Shown here piece after piece: positions 37,751-48,605 of a stretch of 64,000 bases of DNA. The notes beneath the pieces were generated by a model. That model was not told the origin of the DNA and did no database searches. It saw nothing but the letters and a program-made list of their open reading frames with translations. The stretch spans positions 36,066 through 100,065 of the forward strand of contig CANFEB010000005.1 in the NCBI GenBank assembly GCA_947445775.1, read 5' to 3'. How positions within the stretch are numbered: the stretch's first letter is position 1; each line of letters starts with the position of its first letter. The translations under genes were made by a program, and so were the position numbers. Source of the stretch: Oligoflexales bacterium (GTDB lineage Bacteria > Bdellovibrionota_B > Oligoflexia > Oligoflexales > RGVZ01).

Positions 37751-40324
37751 GTGCCCCTGTTGATTGCAATACAATTAATGCGCATTTTCTGGTGGCTTCG
37801 CTTGCCGATTGACTGGTGGGTGAAGGCTAAAACTTTGCCCAAGGATCCGATCGTTGATGCCGGAATTGATCCCTCCAAACCCGTATGTTTTGTCACGCCA
37901 ACTGGATCACTGTCTGACCTCATGGTGATTGACGGGCGGTGCCGGCAGCTTGGCCTGCCGCGCCCAAGATTTCCTGCAGCGACATTACGGAATTACGTCC
38001 CGGCGCGAGGTGGGGCAGCCCACATGTTCCTGAGCAGTCTGAACCTGTTCCAGGCCGACCGCGAGAGCCGCAGGGAGATCCTCCGTCCCCTGACAAGGAT
38101 GGTGGAACATGCCCGTACCAATCCTGAATTCAATGTGCAGTTGGTTCCGGTTTCGGTGTTTTGGGGAAGGAACCCGGGCAAGAGCGAACAAAGTTTGCTG
38201 CAATTGCTCTTTTTCGACGACGAGCATGCCGGGGTTATTCAGAAACTGTTTATTGTAATCGTTCAGGGCCGCAATGTTCTGGTGCAGTTTGGGCGTCCGA
38301 TCGATTTGCAAACTCAGGTCCGTAATAGTGAATCCGCCGACCAGGTCGCGCGCAAGCTTTCACGGGTTATGCGCGTTTACTTCAAAACCCAGAGGTTTCT
38401 ATCGGTCGGTCCGAGCCTTGCCAACAAGCCCCGGGTTATTGAAACTCTTGTCCGGACCAAGGCGGTTCGCAGTCTGATCGAAGATGAAGCGCGAAAATCT
38501 GGAAAAAAACTGCACAAGGTCGAACAAGAAGCACGCGAATTTGCCTTTGAGATCGCGGCAAGTCCGTCCTACCCGTTCGTCAGAGCGACTGAAATCACGC
38601 TCAAATATTTGTGGCAAAAAATGTTCACGGGACTCGTCATTCGCGGGATCGACCGGGTTCACCGGATCGGTGCCAACCATGAAATCATCTACATGCCGAG
38701 TCACCGCAGTCACATCGATTACCTTTTACTGGGGCAATCTCTCTATTCTGAAGGATACGTCGTCCCGCACACGGCGGCCGGGATCAACCTGAATTTTTGG
38801 CCCGTCGGGGGTGTGTTGCGTAAGATCGGCGCCTTTTACATTCGCCGGACCTTTAGTGGTAATAAATTGTATGCCGCAGTGTTCAGTGAATATGTCTATT
38901 ACCTTGTGACCAGCGGCTTTCCGATAAAATTTTTTCCCGAAGGGGGGCGCAGCCGCACGGGCAAATTGCTGCCGCCGAAAACGGGTTTTCTTTCCATGGC
39001 CGTTCAAAGCTACTTACGAAATTCAGACCGGCCGATCGCATTGATTCCAATTTTTCTGGGATACGACCGTGTTTGGGAAGCCAACACCTACATCAAGGAA
39101 TCCCGTGGCGCCAAGAAACGAAGCGAATCCATTGGCCAGTTGCTGGGATCCGTGGGGGATCTGCGCAAGACATTTGGCTCGGCGTATGTTTCCTGCGGGC
39201 AGCCCTTGGAGTTGGGGGAATACCTGACCCAAAAGAGGCCCGGATGGAAGGCTGAAGTGGCCCAATCCGATTCGCGTCCTTCCTGGACTAATCCCATGAC
39301 CCAAGAAATAGCTCAGGAAATCATGTGCCGCATCAACGCGGCTGCTGTGCTGGGGCCTGTTTCTCTGGTAGCGACCGCTTTGCTATCGGTGCCGAATCGG
39401 GCGCTTGCAGAGGATCAGTTGTGTGAGCTTCTAGATGGGTTGTTGCAGCTTCAACGCCTTGCCCCCTATAGCCCGGATGTTTTTGTCCCTGAATTGAACG
39501 GCGCACCAGCCATTGGTAAGTCTGCTATCGCTGCCGCAGAGCGGGTTGAGGCCTGCCGCAGGCTGCCCTTGCCGGGCGGCGACGTGATTTATACGGACGA
39601 AGAAGGGTGCAAGGCTCTGACGTATTACAGCAATATGACCTGCCATCTGTTTTTGATTCCAGCGGTAATCGCGCGCCTTTTTCAGCATTGCGATCAATTG
39701 ACCGTCAGTGAAGTTATTGCCGCGGTGTGCGACGCGGTGCCATTTTTACGCAATGAATACTTTCTCGCGATGGAGGATGCGGTCATCCCGGAGCAGGCTG
39801 CCCGAGTTCTTCAGGCGATGATTCTGGCGGGATTTATCGAGGTCCCGGGACAACGGAACAAGAGCCATTTGGATGGTGATGAAATTGTGTGTCGTCCGGG
39901 TTTGTCATCAAACCGTTTTATGTGGCTGCAATCCCTCGCCAGGGTTTGCGCGGGATCTCTCGACCGCGTCGGTATCGGTTTTGCGATGCTTGGGGCTGGT
40001 GGACCACTGCGTGCGGTCAAACGTCGGGAATTTGAATCAGCATTTGCCGCAACGGGCCACCGGTTGGATGCCATGCGCGGCTCTGATGCTTCTGGTGCTT
40101 TTGATTCACCGCAATTGCGGTCCTTTGTGGACACGCTGGTCAGGCGCGGCCTGGTTGAAATCCAGGACGCACAAGATGAAATTTTTAGCCCCGAAAACGG
40201 AGCAGCTTCGACTGAAGTTGTTCAGCAAATTGTAGCCTTGTCCGGAGTGAAGCAGATGGCTCAATTGCCGCGTCTGTTGCTTGGTACAGACATGTCACAC
40301 AGCATCGGGCGCAGTCCGGTCTGA
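37751..40324 (+). CDS. plsB: Glycerol-3-phosphate O-acyltransferase
   Basis: PVSVFWGR.P, SHRSHIDY (HX4D), AAGINL.FWP, GAFYIRR, FPEGGRSRTGK. Confidence 0.92.
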   Translation: MPLLIAIQLMRIFWWLRLPIDWWVKAKTLPKDPIVDAGIDPSKPVCFVTPTGSLSDLMVIDGRCRQLGLPRPRFPAATLRNYVPARGGAAHMFLSSLNLFQADRESRREILRPLTRMVEHARTNPEFNVQLVPVSVFWGRNPGKSEQSLLQLLFFDDEHAGVIQKLFIVIVQGRNVLVQFGRPIDLQTQVRNSESADQVARKLSRVMRVYFKTQRFLSVGPSLANKPRVIETLVRTKAVRSLIEDEARKSGKKLHKVEQEAREFAFEIAASPSYPFVRATEITLKYLWQKMFTGLVIRGIDRVHRIGANHEIIYMPSHRSHIDYLLLGQSLYSEGYVVPHTAAGINLNFWPVGGVLRKIGAFYIRRTFSGNKLYAAVFSEYVYYLVTSGFPIKFFPEGGRSRTGKLLPPKTGFLSMAVQSYLRNSDRPIALIPIFLGYDRVWEANTYIKESRGAKKRSESIGQLLGSVGDLRKTFGSAYVSCGQPLELGEYLTQKRPGWKAEVAQSDSRPSWTNPMTQEIAQEIMCRINAAAVLGPVSLVATALLSVPNRALAEDQLCELLDGLLQLQRLAPYSPDVFVPELNGAPAIGKSAIAAAERVEACRRLPLPGGDVIYTDEEGCKALTYYSNMTCHLFLIPAVIARLFQHCDQLTVSEVIAAVCDAVPFLRNEYFLAMEDAVIPEQAARVLQAMILAGFIEVPGQRNKSHLDGDEIVCRPGLSSNRFMWLQSLARVCAGSLDRVGIGFAMLGAGGPLRAVKRREFESAFAATGHRLDAMRGSDASGAFDSPQLRSFVDTLVRRGLVEIQDAQDEIFSPENGAASTEVVQQIVALSGVKQMAQLPRLLLGTDMSHSIGRSPV

Positions 40325-40337
40325 GGAGGTTTCATCC

Positions 40338-41525
40338 ATGTCCAAGCCGCCGCATCGATTTTGGGACGAGGATGACAAATCTGATTCTTTCGAAAAGTAT
40401 TCAAAAATTCGCAAGCGCGAAAAGGGCAAGTCGCGGGCTAGCGACCTAACCACGAAGTTCGAGGTGCCGGAGAGTCAGTGGGAAATCAACGACAGCGGCG
40501 GTTACTTTGCAGCCCGTGTGGTCGAAGTTCACAAGAGATACGCATTTGTCTCGCTGGAGGCCGATTTAGGCACGATCAAAACCAATGATGTCTGGCTGGC
40601 AACCATCGCGCGAAAACATTTGACGGCTCGCCGGGAGCAAAGAAATTTTGTTTGCGTGGGTGACCGGGTCTTGTGTCGCCCAGCCCTCGAGGATGAACTT
40701 GCGTCGACTTCGGAATTGCCCCAGTGCATGGTCGAGGCTCTGGCCCCGCGTCGAACCCGCCTGGCCCGGCGCGACCCCATGACCCCAGAGCGCGAGCATG
40801 TCTTGTGCAGCAACGTGGACCAATTGGCCATTGTGGCGAGTTTCCTCATGCCCCAGGTCAAGTGGGGGCTCATCGATCGTTACTTAGTCCTCGCCGAAAG
40901 TGAGGAGATCAGGCCCATCATCGTTTTGAACAAGCGTGATCTTCTCGAAGAAGACAGCGGGTTTCGGGCCAAATGCGCCGAAAGGATTGGAGTCTACCAG
41001 TCGCTGGGATACGAAGTTTATTGTATGCAGGCTAATGCAAAGGGCGCCACGCGAGACTCCGTTACTAAAGAGTTGGCGGCCGTTTTGAAGGGAAAAATCA
41101 CAGCCTTTTCAGGGCATTCCGGTGTCGGCAAGTCCTCCATCATCAATCTTTTCAAGCCCGAATTGGTACAGGCCGTGGAGCCCGATGAGGAGATTCTCTA
41201 TAAGGGCCGTCATACGACCTCCTACGCCAGTTTTCTGAAGTTGGGGGGGGGCGGCTACGTCATTGACACCCCTGGGATACGGAGTTTTTTGATCCGGGAG
41301 GATTCCCCGATCAATCTGACCCATTGTTTTGTGGAAATGCGCCCGTTTCTGGGTAAGTGCGCATTTCGTGAGTGCCGGCACGTGGATGAGCCGAACTGTA
41401 TGGTCATGGCGGCAGTTGAGTCTGGAAAAATCTCCGGGTGGCGGTATAAGTCATATCTGGGCCTCCTATTGGGAACGACCGGCAGGCAGGGGCGAACGAG
41501 GGACCTCGCTGTAGAGGAACCATGA
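40338..41525 (+). CDS. rsgA: Ribosome small subunit-dependent GTPase A
   Basis: NKRD, GHSGVGKSS, GRHTT, DTPG, CxFxxCxHxxEPxC. Confidence 0.94.
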   Translation: MSKPPHRFWDEDDKSDSFEKYSKIRKREKGKSRASDLTTKFEVPESQWEINDSGGYFAARVVEVHKRYAFVSLEADLGTIKTNDVWLATIARKHLTARREQRNFVCVGDRVLCRPALEDELASTSELPQCMVEALAPRRTRLARRDPMTPEREHVLCSNVDQLAIVASFLMPQVKWGLIDRYLVLAESEEIRPIIVLNKRDLLEEDSGFRAKCAERIGVYQSLGYEVYCMQANAKGATRDSVTKELAAVLKGKITAFSGHSGVGKSSIINLFKPELVQAVEPDEEILYKGRHTTSYASFLKLGGGGYVIDTPGIRSFLIREDSPINLTHCFVEMRPFLGKCAFRECRHVDEPNCMVMAAVESGKISGWRYKSYLGLLLGTTGRQGRTRDLAVEEP

Positions 41526-41560
41526 ATCAGTAACCATAAATTCAAAATCAGGTATGCACG

Positions 41561-42721
41561 ATGTCCTACTCATTCGAAGAATCCGAAGAACTAGTCCTCC
41601 TTCGTCAGACAGTCCGCAAATTCGCCGAAACTGAAATCGCGCCGCTGGCTCGCGAACTGGACGAGACTGAGTCATTTTCAACCGACCTCACCCGAAAGAT
41701 GGGCGCGCTCGGACTTTTTGGCACAGTTGTCTCGCAACAGTACGCCGGCCAAGGAATGGACTATCTTTCTTACATCATCGCTGTTGAAGAACTGGCCCGC
41801 GTTGACGGATCCCAGGCGGCGACCATTGCTGCACACAATAGCCTTGGCGCGGGACCGATTTATTACTTCGGCACCGAAGAACAAAAACGTAAGTACCTGC
41901 CGTCCTTGTGCGATGGTTCCTCGCTTTGGGGTTTTGGGCTTACCGAGCCCGAAGCCGGCAGCGATGCACAGAATAGTAAGACCACTGCAGTTTTCGATGA
42001 AAAGTCTAAGGAATGGGTCATCAACGGCAGCAAAATCTGGATCACAAATAGTGCTTCAGAAATGACCGTTGGCCTGACCGTGCAAGCTGTGACTGGACGC
42101 CGACCAGACGGGCGTGCTGAACTTAGTTGCTTTATCGTGCCCGCCGACGCCACTGGGCTTACGCGCCGGGCGATGAAGGGTAAAATGATGTGGCGAGCGT
42201 CGAATACGGGAGAACTTTATTTCGACAATGTGCGCGCCCCTCAGGATGCTTTGCTAGGCAAGCAGGGTGAGGGTTTCAAAATCATGATGGAAACTCTTGA
42301 TGGGGGCCGACTTTCCATCGGAGCCATGGGGCTTGGTTTGGCAAAGGGCGCCTTGGCCATGACGATCAAGTATGCAAATGAACGCAAGACTTTTGGGCAG
42401 GCGATCGCCAAACATCAAGCCATTGCCTTCAAGTTGGCGGAGATGGCGACCCGGATCGAGGCTGCAGAGGGTCTTCTCTACAAGGCCTGTTGGTTGCGCC
42501 AGAACAACAAGCCATTTGCGAAGATTGCGGCCATGGCAAAACTCTACTGCTCTGAGGTGGCTGAATTTGCAGCCCGCGAAGGCCAGCAAATCTTCGGTGG
42601 CTACGGTCTGATGAAGGAATATCCAATCGAACGCTTTTACCGGGACGCGGCACTGTTGCGTATTGGTGAGGGCACAAGCGAGATTCAGCGTCTGGTCATA
42701 TCGAGGTACATCGGTTGCTGA
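41561..42721 (+). CDS. Acyl-CoA dehydrogenase
   Basis: FGLTEPEAGSDA, NGSKIWITN, GGYG, IGEGTSEIQR. Confidence 0.95.
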   Translation: MSYSFEESEELVLLRQTVRKFAETEIAPLARELDETESFSTDLTRKMGALGLFGTVVSQQYAGQGMDYLSYIIAVEELARVDGSQAATIAAHNSLGAGPIYYFGTEEQKRKYLPSLCDGSSLWGFGLTEPEAGSDAQNSKTTAVFDEKSKEWVINGSKIWITNSASEMTVGLTVQAVTGRRPDGRAELSCFIVPADATGLTRRAMKGKMMWRASNTGELYFDNVRAPQDALLGKQGEGFKIMMETLDGGRLSIGAMGLGLAKGALAMTIKYANERKTFGQAIAKHQAIAFKLAEMATRIEAAEGLLYKACWLRQNNKPFAKIAAMAKLYCSEVAEFAAREGQQIFGGYGLMKEYPIERFYRDAALLRIGEGTSEIQRLVISRYIGC

Positions 42722-43731
42722 ATCGTGTCCGGCGCAGACAGGGGCGGATTGCCATTATTTTAGTGGCGGTAGCCTTGTTTGTTGGGGGCGGTACTGGTGC
42801 TTGTGTGTCCCGGCTGCTAACCGCCGGCTATGATGACCGGACGTTGGCCGTGCACACCTATAGTCTGTTCAATCAAAAAACTCCCGCCGTCGGGCTGAAT
42901 TCTTCTTGGAACGGCGACTGGGTTTTCCGGCGGGATCGCCTCGAATTGATTGACCAGTACTTTCGGGCCCACCGCGCAGACGTGGTTTTATTTCAGCAGG
43001 CGATGCAAAAAGCCCACGGCGAAATCGAATGGGATCAGGCTATCCTTGCTGCTGGATCTTTCGCTGAGTTTAACTGGCGCAGCGAGCCCGTCGCGGAATA
43101 TGAGGACACCAGCGAAACCGAATCCATGGTTGTTGCGGCTTCATCCGTGGCGGGAATGAAACAGCGTCAAGCTGGGGAATCGCCTTCTCTTTGGCACGTT
43201 GGACCGGATGGTTTTTTGCAGGCTTCTGCCGTGGAACTTGGCGGTCAAATGGCTGCCGTGTTCAACCTTCAAATGCCGCAAAAAATTGAGCGCGATCCAA
43301 TTTGGTTTTCGTTTATTGGTGAACGCGTTCGAGACTGGCTCAAAATCCAAGGCATTTGTCCGAAGCGAGTGATCATTGGCGGATACATCCCGGCAGATGT
43401 TGAGGCCCGAAGTTTTGCAGAATTTATGGAAAATCTTGGGTTGAAAGATTCGTCAGAAGGCCTGTGTGACGTGGCCATGAAATGTCAGACGGCCAATCCG
43501 GTCAATGAAATTTTCCGCCTGTCGTCAGATGGCGTATTGGCCTCGCAGGCGGATCGAATACTCGTTCCGAAATCAGCCATTGTCTATTCGGCAGGGCGCG
43601 CACACGACACATCGGTGCAGGCGCCCCCCTACGAGAAAGCCATGGGATTCACTCAGCTGTGGCCATCAATTCGCAGTGGTTGGGAGGCATCGATTCGCCT
43701 TGCCAGTTGCACCTCTGGATTTAGCCTTTAG
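42715..43731 (+). CDS. Exported protein with divergent endonuclease/exonuclease/phosphatase-like fold
   Basis: VHTYSL, ADVVLFQQ, VIIGG, ADRIL in EEP order, but catalytic residues degenerate. Confidence 0.5.
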   Translation: MLNRVRRRQGRIAIILVAVALFVGGGTGACVSRLLTAGYDDRTLAVHTYSLFNQKTPAVGLNSSWNGDWVFRRDRLELIDQYFRAHRADVVLFQQAMQKAHGEIEWDQAILAAGSFAEFNWRSEPVAEYEDTSETESMVVAASSVAGMKQRQAGESPSLWHVGPDGFLQASAVELGGQMAAVFNLQMPQKIERDPIWFSFIGERVRDWLKIQGICPKRVIIGGYIPADVEARSFAEFMENLGLKDSSEGLCDVAMKCQTANPVNEIFRLSSDGVLASQADRILVPKSAIVYSAGRAHDTSVQAPPYEKAMGFTQLWPSIRSGWEASIRLASCTSGFSL

Positions 43732-44459
43732 AGGCTGACCAGTAATCCGATGGCCGTTTCATAGCCTTGGAGTTGTGTGGTGGTAAGTCCGCGCCAACGG
43801 TCGATGCGCGCAGTCATGAGCCATGGCCCTGCAGGCTTGAACGCAAGCATTACAGAAACAGCGCAGCCAAATTCGCTGCGAAATTCATCGTTGCGGTGAA
43901 TTGGTAAAGCGGCCTTGGCTGCTGGCAGTAGATACTGGAATTTTCCGCCGGCAAAAAAATAGAGTGGGTGGTAGAGCCGCCAACCCTTTAGTGATTCATA
44001 ACCAAAAGCAAGCACGGCCAAATCCTTGGAATTAACTTTGGAGTCCCCTGAATCATTTGATTCTGCACTCGCCCTTTTAAATCCCTTGAAGCCGCCGTTG
44101 ACTCCAAGCATCCAGCCTGTGGACAGGCGGTAGCGATAGGCAATCATGGGCTGTATGTAGCCGCTGCCGCCGCTTTCCAAACGTTCGGTGGTTTTTCCGA
44201 CGGGAGTATTGGATGTAAGTTCAACGCCCCAATATGCTTGCTCAAATGGATTTTCCATGTTGGTTTGACCAACTTCCCCCGTCACCGGGGCAGCCATGGC
44301 CGGGGCGGAGCAGGCAATAAAAAGTAGAAAGCTCAAGTTGGATGCAACCTGTCCGAAAGATACGGGAAAATTCAATTTTTTTATCATCCCATGACGTTGC
44401 CACAAAAGCGCGACAGTTTCAAAGCCCATGCGGGTTACGCTAAATTGGAAGTAGACCAA
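43728..44459 (-). CDS. Hypothetical exported/outer-membrane beta-barrel protein
   Basis: Signal-like segment ending in AMA; amphipathic strands; start uncertain. Confidence 0.6.
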   Translation of the reverse strand: MVYFQFSVTRMGFETVALLWQRHGMIKKLNFPVSFGQVASNLSFLLFIACSAPAMAAPVTGEVGQTNMENPFEQAYWGVELTSNTPVGKTTERLESGGSGYIQPMIAYRYRLSTGWMLGVNGGFKGFKRASAESNDSGDSKVNSKDLAVLAFGYESLKGWRLYHPLYFFAGGKFQYLLPAAKAALPIHRNDEFRSEFGCAVSVMLAFKPAGPWLMTARIDRWRGLTTTQLQGYETAIGLLVSL

Positions 44460-44470
44460 TACGACCGGCG

Positions 44471-45256
44471 GTGACGATGGCCTCCCCGGAGAACATTTCT
44501 AGAATCTCTGATCCCGAGCGCATTGAGCGTTTGTTGGGAAAAGGCTGCATTGCAAAGATAGGCGCCATGCTGCGCCTGAATGAAACTGACACGATCGCCG
44601 TCAGGGGGACTCTCTCAGAGATGGTTTCCCTTGGATCCGCTAGGGCCATCGAAATTACTGGCCTGTCGTCCAAGGGAATGTTGCATATGACGCTGGCATC
44701 GCAATGCATTGTTGAGCTCGTGATGATGAATGCAAAGGTGGTGTTTTCTGGATTCGTTGTAAAGTTTTTTGGAGATTCAATATTTTTGACACTTCCAACT
44801 GAAATGGTGAGCATCGAACGGCGAAAGAATGCACGACATTTTGTCCCGCCAAATCAAGCTGCCTTCATTTCATTTTCTGGTTGGCAACCGAAGCCCACAG
44901 ACCCAGTTGCGCCACCATGTATTTTTGGATTTGAGTCGATGTCTGGATGGATCCGCATTGGTGACTTGAGCATGAGTGGTATCAGCGCGCAGATGCTTGT
45001 GCCTGGGCCAGTCGGGCAACTTGAGCGGGGATATGCTGATCCGGAGGCCAGGCTGCATTTGCCATCCCAATCCCCGATTAAGGTCCACTGTGTGATTCGC
45101 TGGACGAAACGTATTTCCGATTGGACCCACAGCAATCCGGGCAACAAGTACACGCGCGTTTTCAAGATTGGCTGCGAATTCGTCGCGCCCGATCAGGTGG
45201 TTACAACAATTCTGCACCAGGCAGTCCGCGATTTTTCAACGGCTGGTGCGGTTTAG
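44471..45256 (+). CDS. PilZ-domain (c-di-GMP-binding) protein, YcgR-like architecture
   Basis: ERRKNAR (RxxxR) and DLSMSG (DxSxxG). Confidence 0.8.
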   Translation: MTMASPENISRISDPERIERLLGKGCIAKIGAMLRLNETDTIAVRGTLSEMVSLGSARAIEITGLSSKGMLHMTLASQCIVELVMMNAKVVFSGFVVKFFGDSIFLTLPTEMVSIERRKNARHFVPPNQAAFISFSGWQPKPTDPVAPPCIFGFESMSGWIRIGDLSMSGISAQMLVPGPVGQLERGYADPEARLHLPSQSPIKVHCVIRWTKRISDWTHSNPGNKYTRVFKIGCEFVAPDQVVTTILHQAVRDFSTAGAV

Positions 45257-45265
45257 GGGGATTAT

Positions 45266-46231
45266 TTGATGATGACCTCAATAACAATGACGGCAAGAGT
45301 CTGGCGCGGCGCATGGATTATGGCTCTGTGCGGAAGCATGGCTGGGTGTGCCACAATCAGATCTCTGATGGGTAATGATGAAAATGACCATGAAAAAAAA
45401 GGCGAAAATGAGCTTGTCGTTCCGGCTGTCAAGGCGTCCACGGCGCGTATCCCGGCTGCGGTAGCCCCGTTGCGTACGCCTCCTGTGGCCGCCGTTGATC
45501 CCGACGAATTGGCAGATCTGCAATTGAAAGTGACGCGGCTCCTTGCCAGGGCAGAGGAACTGGAGGAAAAGTTTTCCCGTCAGCAAGAGCGCCTTCAGAT
45601 TATTGAACGCGGATTGACCTTGGGCATTGTCCCGGATGAGTTGCAGACGCATGGCGCAAAGGGGTCCAAGGCTGGCGCGCACGGTGCTCCCTCAAAAGCA
45701 AGCAGCAAAGCCCCAGTCAAGAAGCCGGAAGTCCAGGCAGCCGCCAATGTTCAGAATCATGATGAGGCCGACGAAGAAGCTGACGGCGCAGCGGATCAAC
45801 CGGCAGCAAAGGATTCCAAAGAACCCAGCATTGCGGTCGCCGATCGCGATGAATTCAACAAGGCCTTTGCCGCTGCCCATGAAGATTTTAGGGCGGGGCG
45901 TTTTGGCAAGGCGATTGTCGGTTTTTCTGAAGTTGGCAAAAAGTTTGATCCCGCGCTGACTTCGGGTGTTCACCAATTTTGGATTGCCAGAAGCTGGACT
46001 GGGTTGAAGGAAATGCAGACTTCCAGACAACTTTTCACGGAATTTATTGCCGCTAATCCGCAAAGTCCTTGGGCGCCGCGCGCTAAGCTGGAACTCGCTC
46101 GGGTTGAATCAGCGTTGGGACTCAAGGAAACCGCCGTCAAGCGTTTGCGCGGAGTTATATCCGAACACCCCTTGGAAGATGTTGCCGAAATGGCAAAGGC
46201 AGAGATTGAAAGGATGTCGAAGACGCTATGA
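45266..46231 (+). CDS. CpoB/YbgF-like TPR lipoprotein
   Basis: Lipobox MAGC, coiled coil, C-terminal TPR (FWIA, NPQS, A.LEL, EHP). Confidence 0.7.
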   Translation: MMMTSITMTARVWRGAWIMALCGSMAGCATIRSLMGNDENDHEKKGENELVVPAVKASTARIPAAVAPLRTPPVAAVDPDELADLQLKVTRLLARAEELEEKFSRQQERLQIIERGLTLGIVPDELQTHGAKGSKAGAHGAPSKASSKAPVKKPEVQAAANVQNHDEADEEADGAADQPAAKDSKEPSIAVADRDEFNKAFAAAHEDFRAGRFGKAIVGFSEVGKKFDPALTSGVHQFWIARSWTGLKEMQTSRQLFTEFIAANPQSPWAPRAKLELARVESALGLKETAVKRLRGVISEHPLEDVAEMAKAEIERMSKTL

Positions 46232-47475
46232 TTTTTTTCCGTTTCCGTTTCCGTGGCTTGCTGGCTTGTTGCTCGCTGGTTAGTTGCTGGCTGGTTTGTG
46301 GCTTTCAGGTCGTCACCAGCGGCCCGGTAGCGGCAAGCACGCTTGTAACCAATCGGTTCGCTGGTGCGCCTCCAGTTGCCGGGACGCGCCGAGTGATGGC
46401 GGCGGGTGAGGCTCCTGAAGATTATGTGGTTCAACGTGGCGATACGCTTTTTGATATTTGCGATCAATTGATTGGTGAAGCGGGCTATTGGCCAAAACTA
46501 TGGGCGTTAAATCCTGAAATAAAAAATCCACATTTCGTTTTCCCGGGTATGAAGATCCGGTTTTATCCGGGCGATCCAGAAATTCCGCCGTATTTGCTTG
46601 TCTCAACTGAGGACGAAGAACTTCCGGTGGACCGGGGCCCGGTTGCGCCAGAGGATCTTGTTTTGGATTCACCGATGCAGCAAAAAATTGCCGAGGTGGA
46701 TACCTTTGATCTGGTTGATGCCAAGGACATTCCGATTCCTGATGACATTGCCCGCGAAGTCCTCGTCAGCGGCAAGATTTACCGGCGCAGTGATGTTGTA
46801 CTTGATTTACCTGCTTTTATTGTTGAAAACGAGGCAGACCCAGACGGATATGTGTTCTCGGGCGGTGATGGGCAAATGCTGGTCGACGATTCTGGTGAGA
46901 TTTTGCTCGAAGAGACAGGGGCATTCACTCCGGGAAATATTTATACGATAATCAGGCCATCGGGCGAGGTTTCCGATACCACGGACGATGGCGGTGGCAA
47001 ATTCCTTGGTCATCGTTATGATTTTGTTGGCCACGTGCGGGTCGTACGAGCAACGGAGTCGGGGCTATACCGCGGTGTGTTGATGGACTCCGTCCTGCCG
47101 CCGGAACGAGACGATATGGTCGTTCCTTTTGTTGCAACTCGAAAGCAATTTATCCCAGGTATCAGCGCCCCGTCCAAAGAAGTTCCGAGCAAGGTCATCG
47201 GGTTTGACCGCAGCATCCAAGTTTTTGGCAGCGAAGGCAATTTTGTCTTTTTGAAGCTTGCGGTCCGGGGATCTGTGCAGGAGGGCGATTTTCTCGACGT
47301 CTATAATCAACCAGAATTTGTAAATGCCCGATCGGGGACTTTATTTAAGCCAGAAAAAATCCACCGCGGGACGATCCGGATTCTTGATATTCGCGGGTCC
47401 ATCGCAACCGCCTATGTTGTGTCTGCACGTGGGGTCGTTAGCCTATGGGACTCGACGATACGCAAGTCCCTTTGA
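46228..47475 (+). CDS. LysM peptidoglycan-binding protein (TsaP-like)
   Basis: YVVQRGDTLFDI..WPKLWALNPEIKNPHFVFPG; upstream of dprA. Confidence 0.82.
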   Translation: MIFFRFRFRGLLACCSLVSCWLVCGFQVVTSGPVAASTLVTNRFAGAPPVAGTRRVMAAGEAPEDYVVQRGDTLFDICDQLIGEAGYWPKLWALNPEIKNPHFVFPGMKIRFYPGDPEIPPYLLVSTEDEELPVDRGPVAPEDLVLDSPMQQKIAEVDTFDLVDAKDIPIPDDIAREVLVSGKIYRRSDVVLDLPAFIVENEADPDGYVFSGGDGQMLVDDSGEILLEETGAFTPGNIYTIIRPSGEVSDTTDDGGGKFLGHRYDFVGHVRVVRATESGLYRGVLMDSVLPPERDDMVVPFVATRKQFIPGISAPSKEVPSKVIGFDRSIQVFGSEGNFVFLKLAVRGSVQEGDFLDVYNQPEFVNARSGTLFKPEKIHRGTIRILDIRGSIATAYVVSARGVVSLWDSTIRKSL

Positions 47476-47505
47476 TGACATGGCCTGGAATCAACTAAAA
47501 CCCCC

Positions 47506-48525
47506 GTGAACCATCACGGAGGTTTCCCAGTGAGCATCCAGATTCTGAATTTCACAACCGCCATACTTCATGTCGCCTCCCAGCACTTGAATCGTTGGAT
47601 CCGGCCGCCAGATCCAACAGTATTTGCAGCATCTTTGAGCCCTGACATTTTTGGCCTTTGGGGCGGGGAACACTTAGATTTAGATCTGCAATCAGGGCAA
47701 TTGTCCGAGCCATTGTCAGCCAGTCAAAATTTCTGGAGGGAGGTGGTCAGTACTTTGGTGCCTGCCATGCCAGAAATTTTTCCGCCAAAAATCAGGTCGG
47801 ACCTCGATGGGCTTGCCCGCCTTTGTTACGAATTTTTTTGTGAGGTCCGCCAAGCCTCGGCGACCTATTTGGCGATCTGGGACGAAGGCTATCCTGCGTT
47901 GCTGCGTCAGATTGTCGATCCTCCCCTCGGTCTGACCGTGACGGGTGATGCGACCTTGCTTTGCCGCCCATCGGTGGCTGTCGTCGGATCAAGGTTTGCT
48001 GCGAATTGGGCAATCGACTGGGCTTCTGAATTCGGCCGGCTGGCAACGGCCGCTGATATCCCGGTGGTCAGCGGTGGGGCTTATGGGTGCGATGCAGCCG
48101 TGCACACCGGAATGCTGACGACGCAATTTGACCGAGTGCCTGCCTTGGCGGTTTTCGCCGGCGGACTCGGTATGCCTTATCCCCGTCACAACATCCGCCT
48201 CTTTGAGGACATTGTTGCCAGTGGTGGGTGTCTTGTGTCAGAGCGGTTCATCGGCGCTGGATGCCGTCCCCATGATTTTTTGGCCCGTAATCGGATTATA
48301 TCTGGATTGTCCCTTGGGACGATCATCGTCCAAGCCGCAGAAAGGTCTGGAGCCATGGTGACAGCCCGATTTGCGGGCGACCAGGGTCGGGAGGTCTGGG
48401 TTGTCCGGCCGCCCTATTCCGATGTCAGGGCGGCTGGCAATGAGGCTCTGGTCACTGATGGGGCACTGGTTTTGGGGCGCCCAGTGGATGCTGCGCTTGA
48501 ATTGGCAGCGGCCTTGATGAGTTGA
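47506..48525 (+). CDS. dprA: DNA-processing protein DprA
   Basis: YPALLRQI.DPP, AVVGSR, VVSGGAYGCD, RNRIISGLS, A.RSG. Confidence 0.93.
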   Translation: MNHHGGFPVSIQILNFTTAILHVASQHLNRWIRPPDPTVFAASLSPDIFGLWGGEHLDLDLQSGQLSEPLSASQNFWREVVSTLVPAMPEIFPPKIRSDLDGLARLCYEFFCEVRQASATYLAIWDEGYPALLRQIVDPPLGLTVTGDATLLCRPSVAVVGSRFAANWAIDWASEFGRLATAADIPVVSGGAYGCDAAVHTGMLTTQFDRVPALAVFAGGLGMPYPRHNIRLFEDIVASGGCLVSERFIGAGCRPHDFLARNRIISGLSLGTIIVQAAERSGAMVTARFAGDQGREVWVVRPPYSDVRAAGNEALVTDGALVLGRPVDAALELAAALMS

Positions 48526-48605
48526 TGATTTTGAAGTGCTTTGTTTTCAAATTCGCTGTGATAGACTTTCTCCAGACCTGATTAAATCACTTTTTGGGGG
48601 TGTCC

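Noticed and set aside
41243-41251. G9 run in rsgA as a phase-variation tract
   Set aside because: In frame, encodes a Gly loop of a housekeeping GTPase; no evidence of variability.
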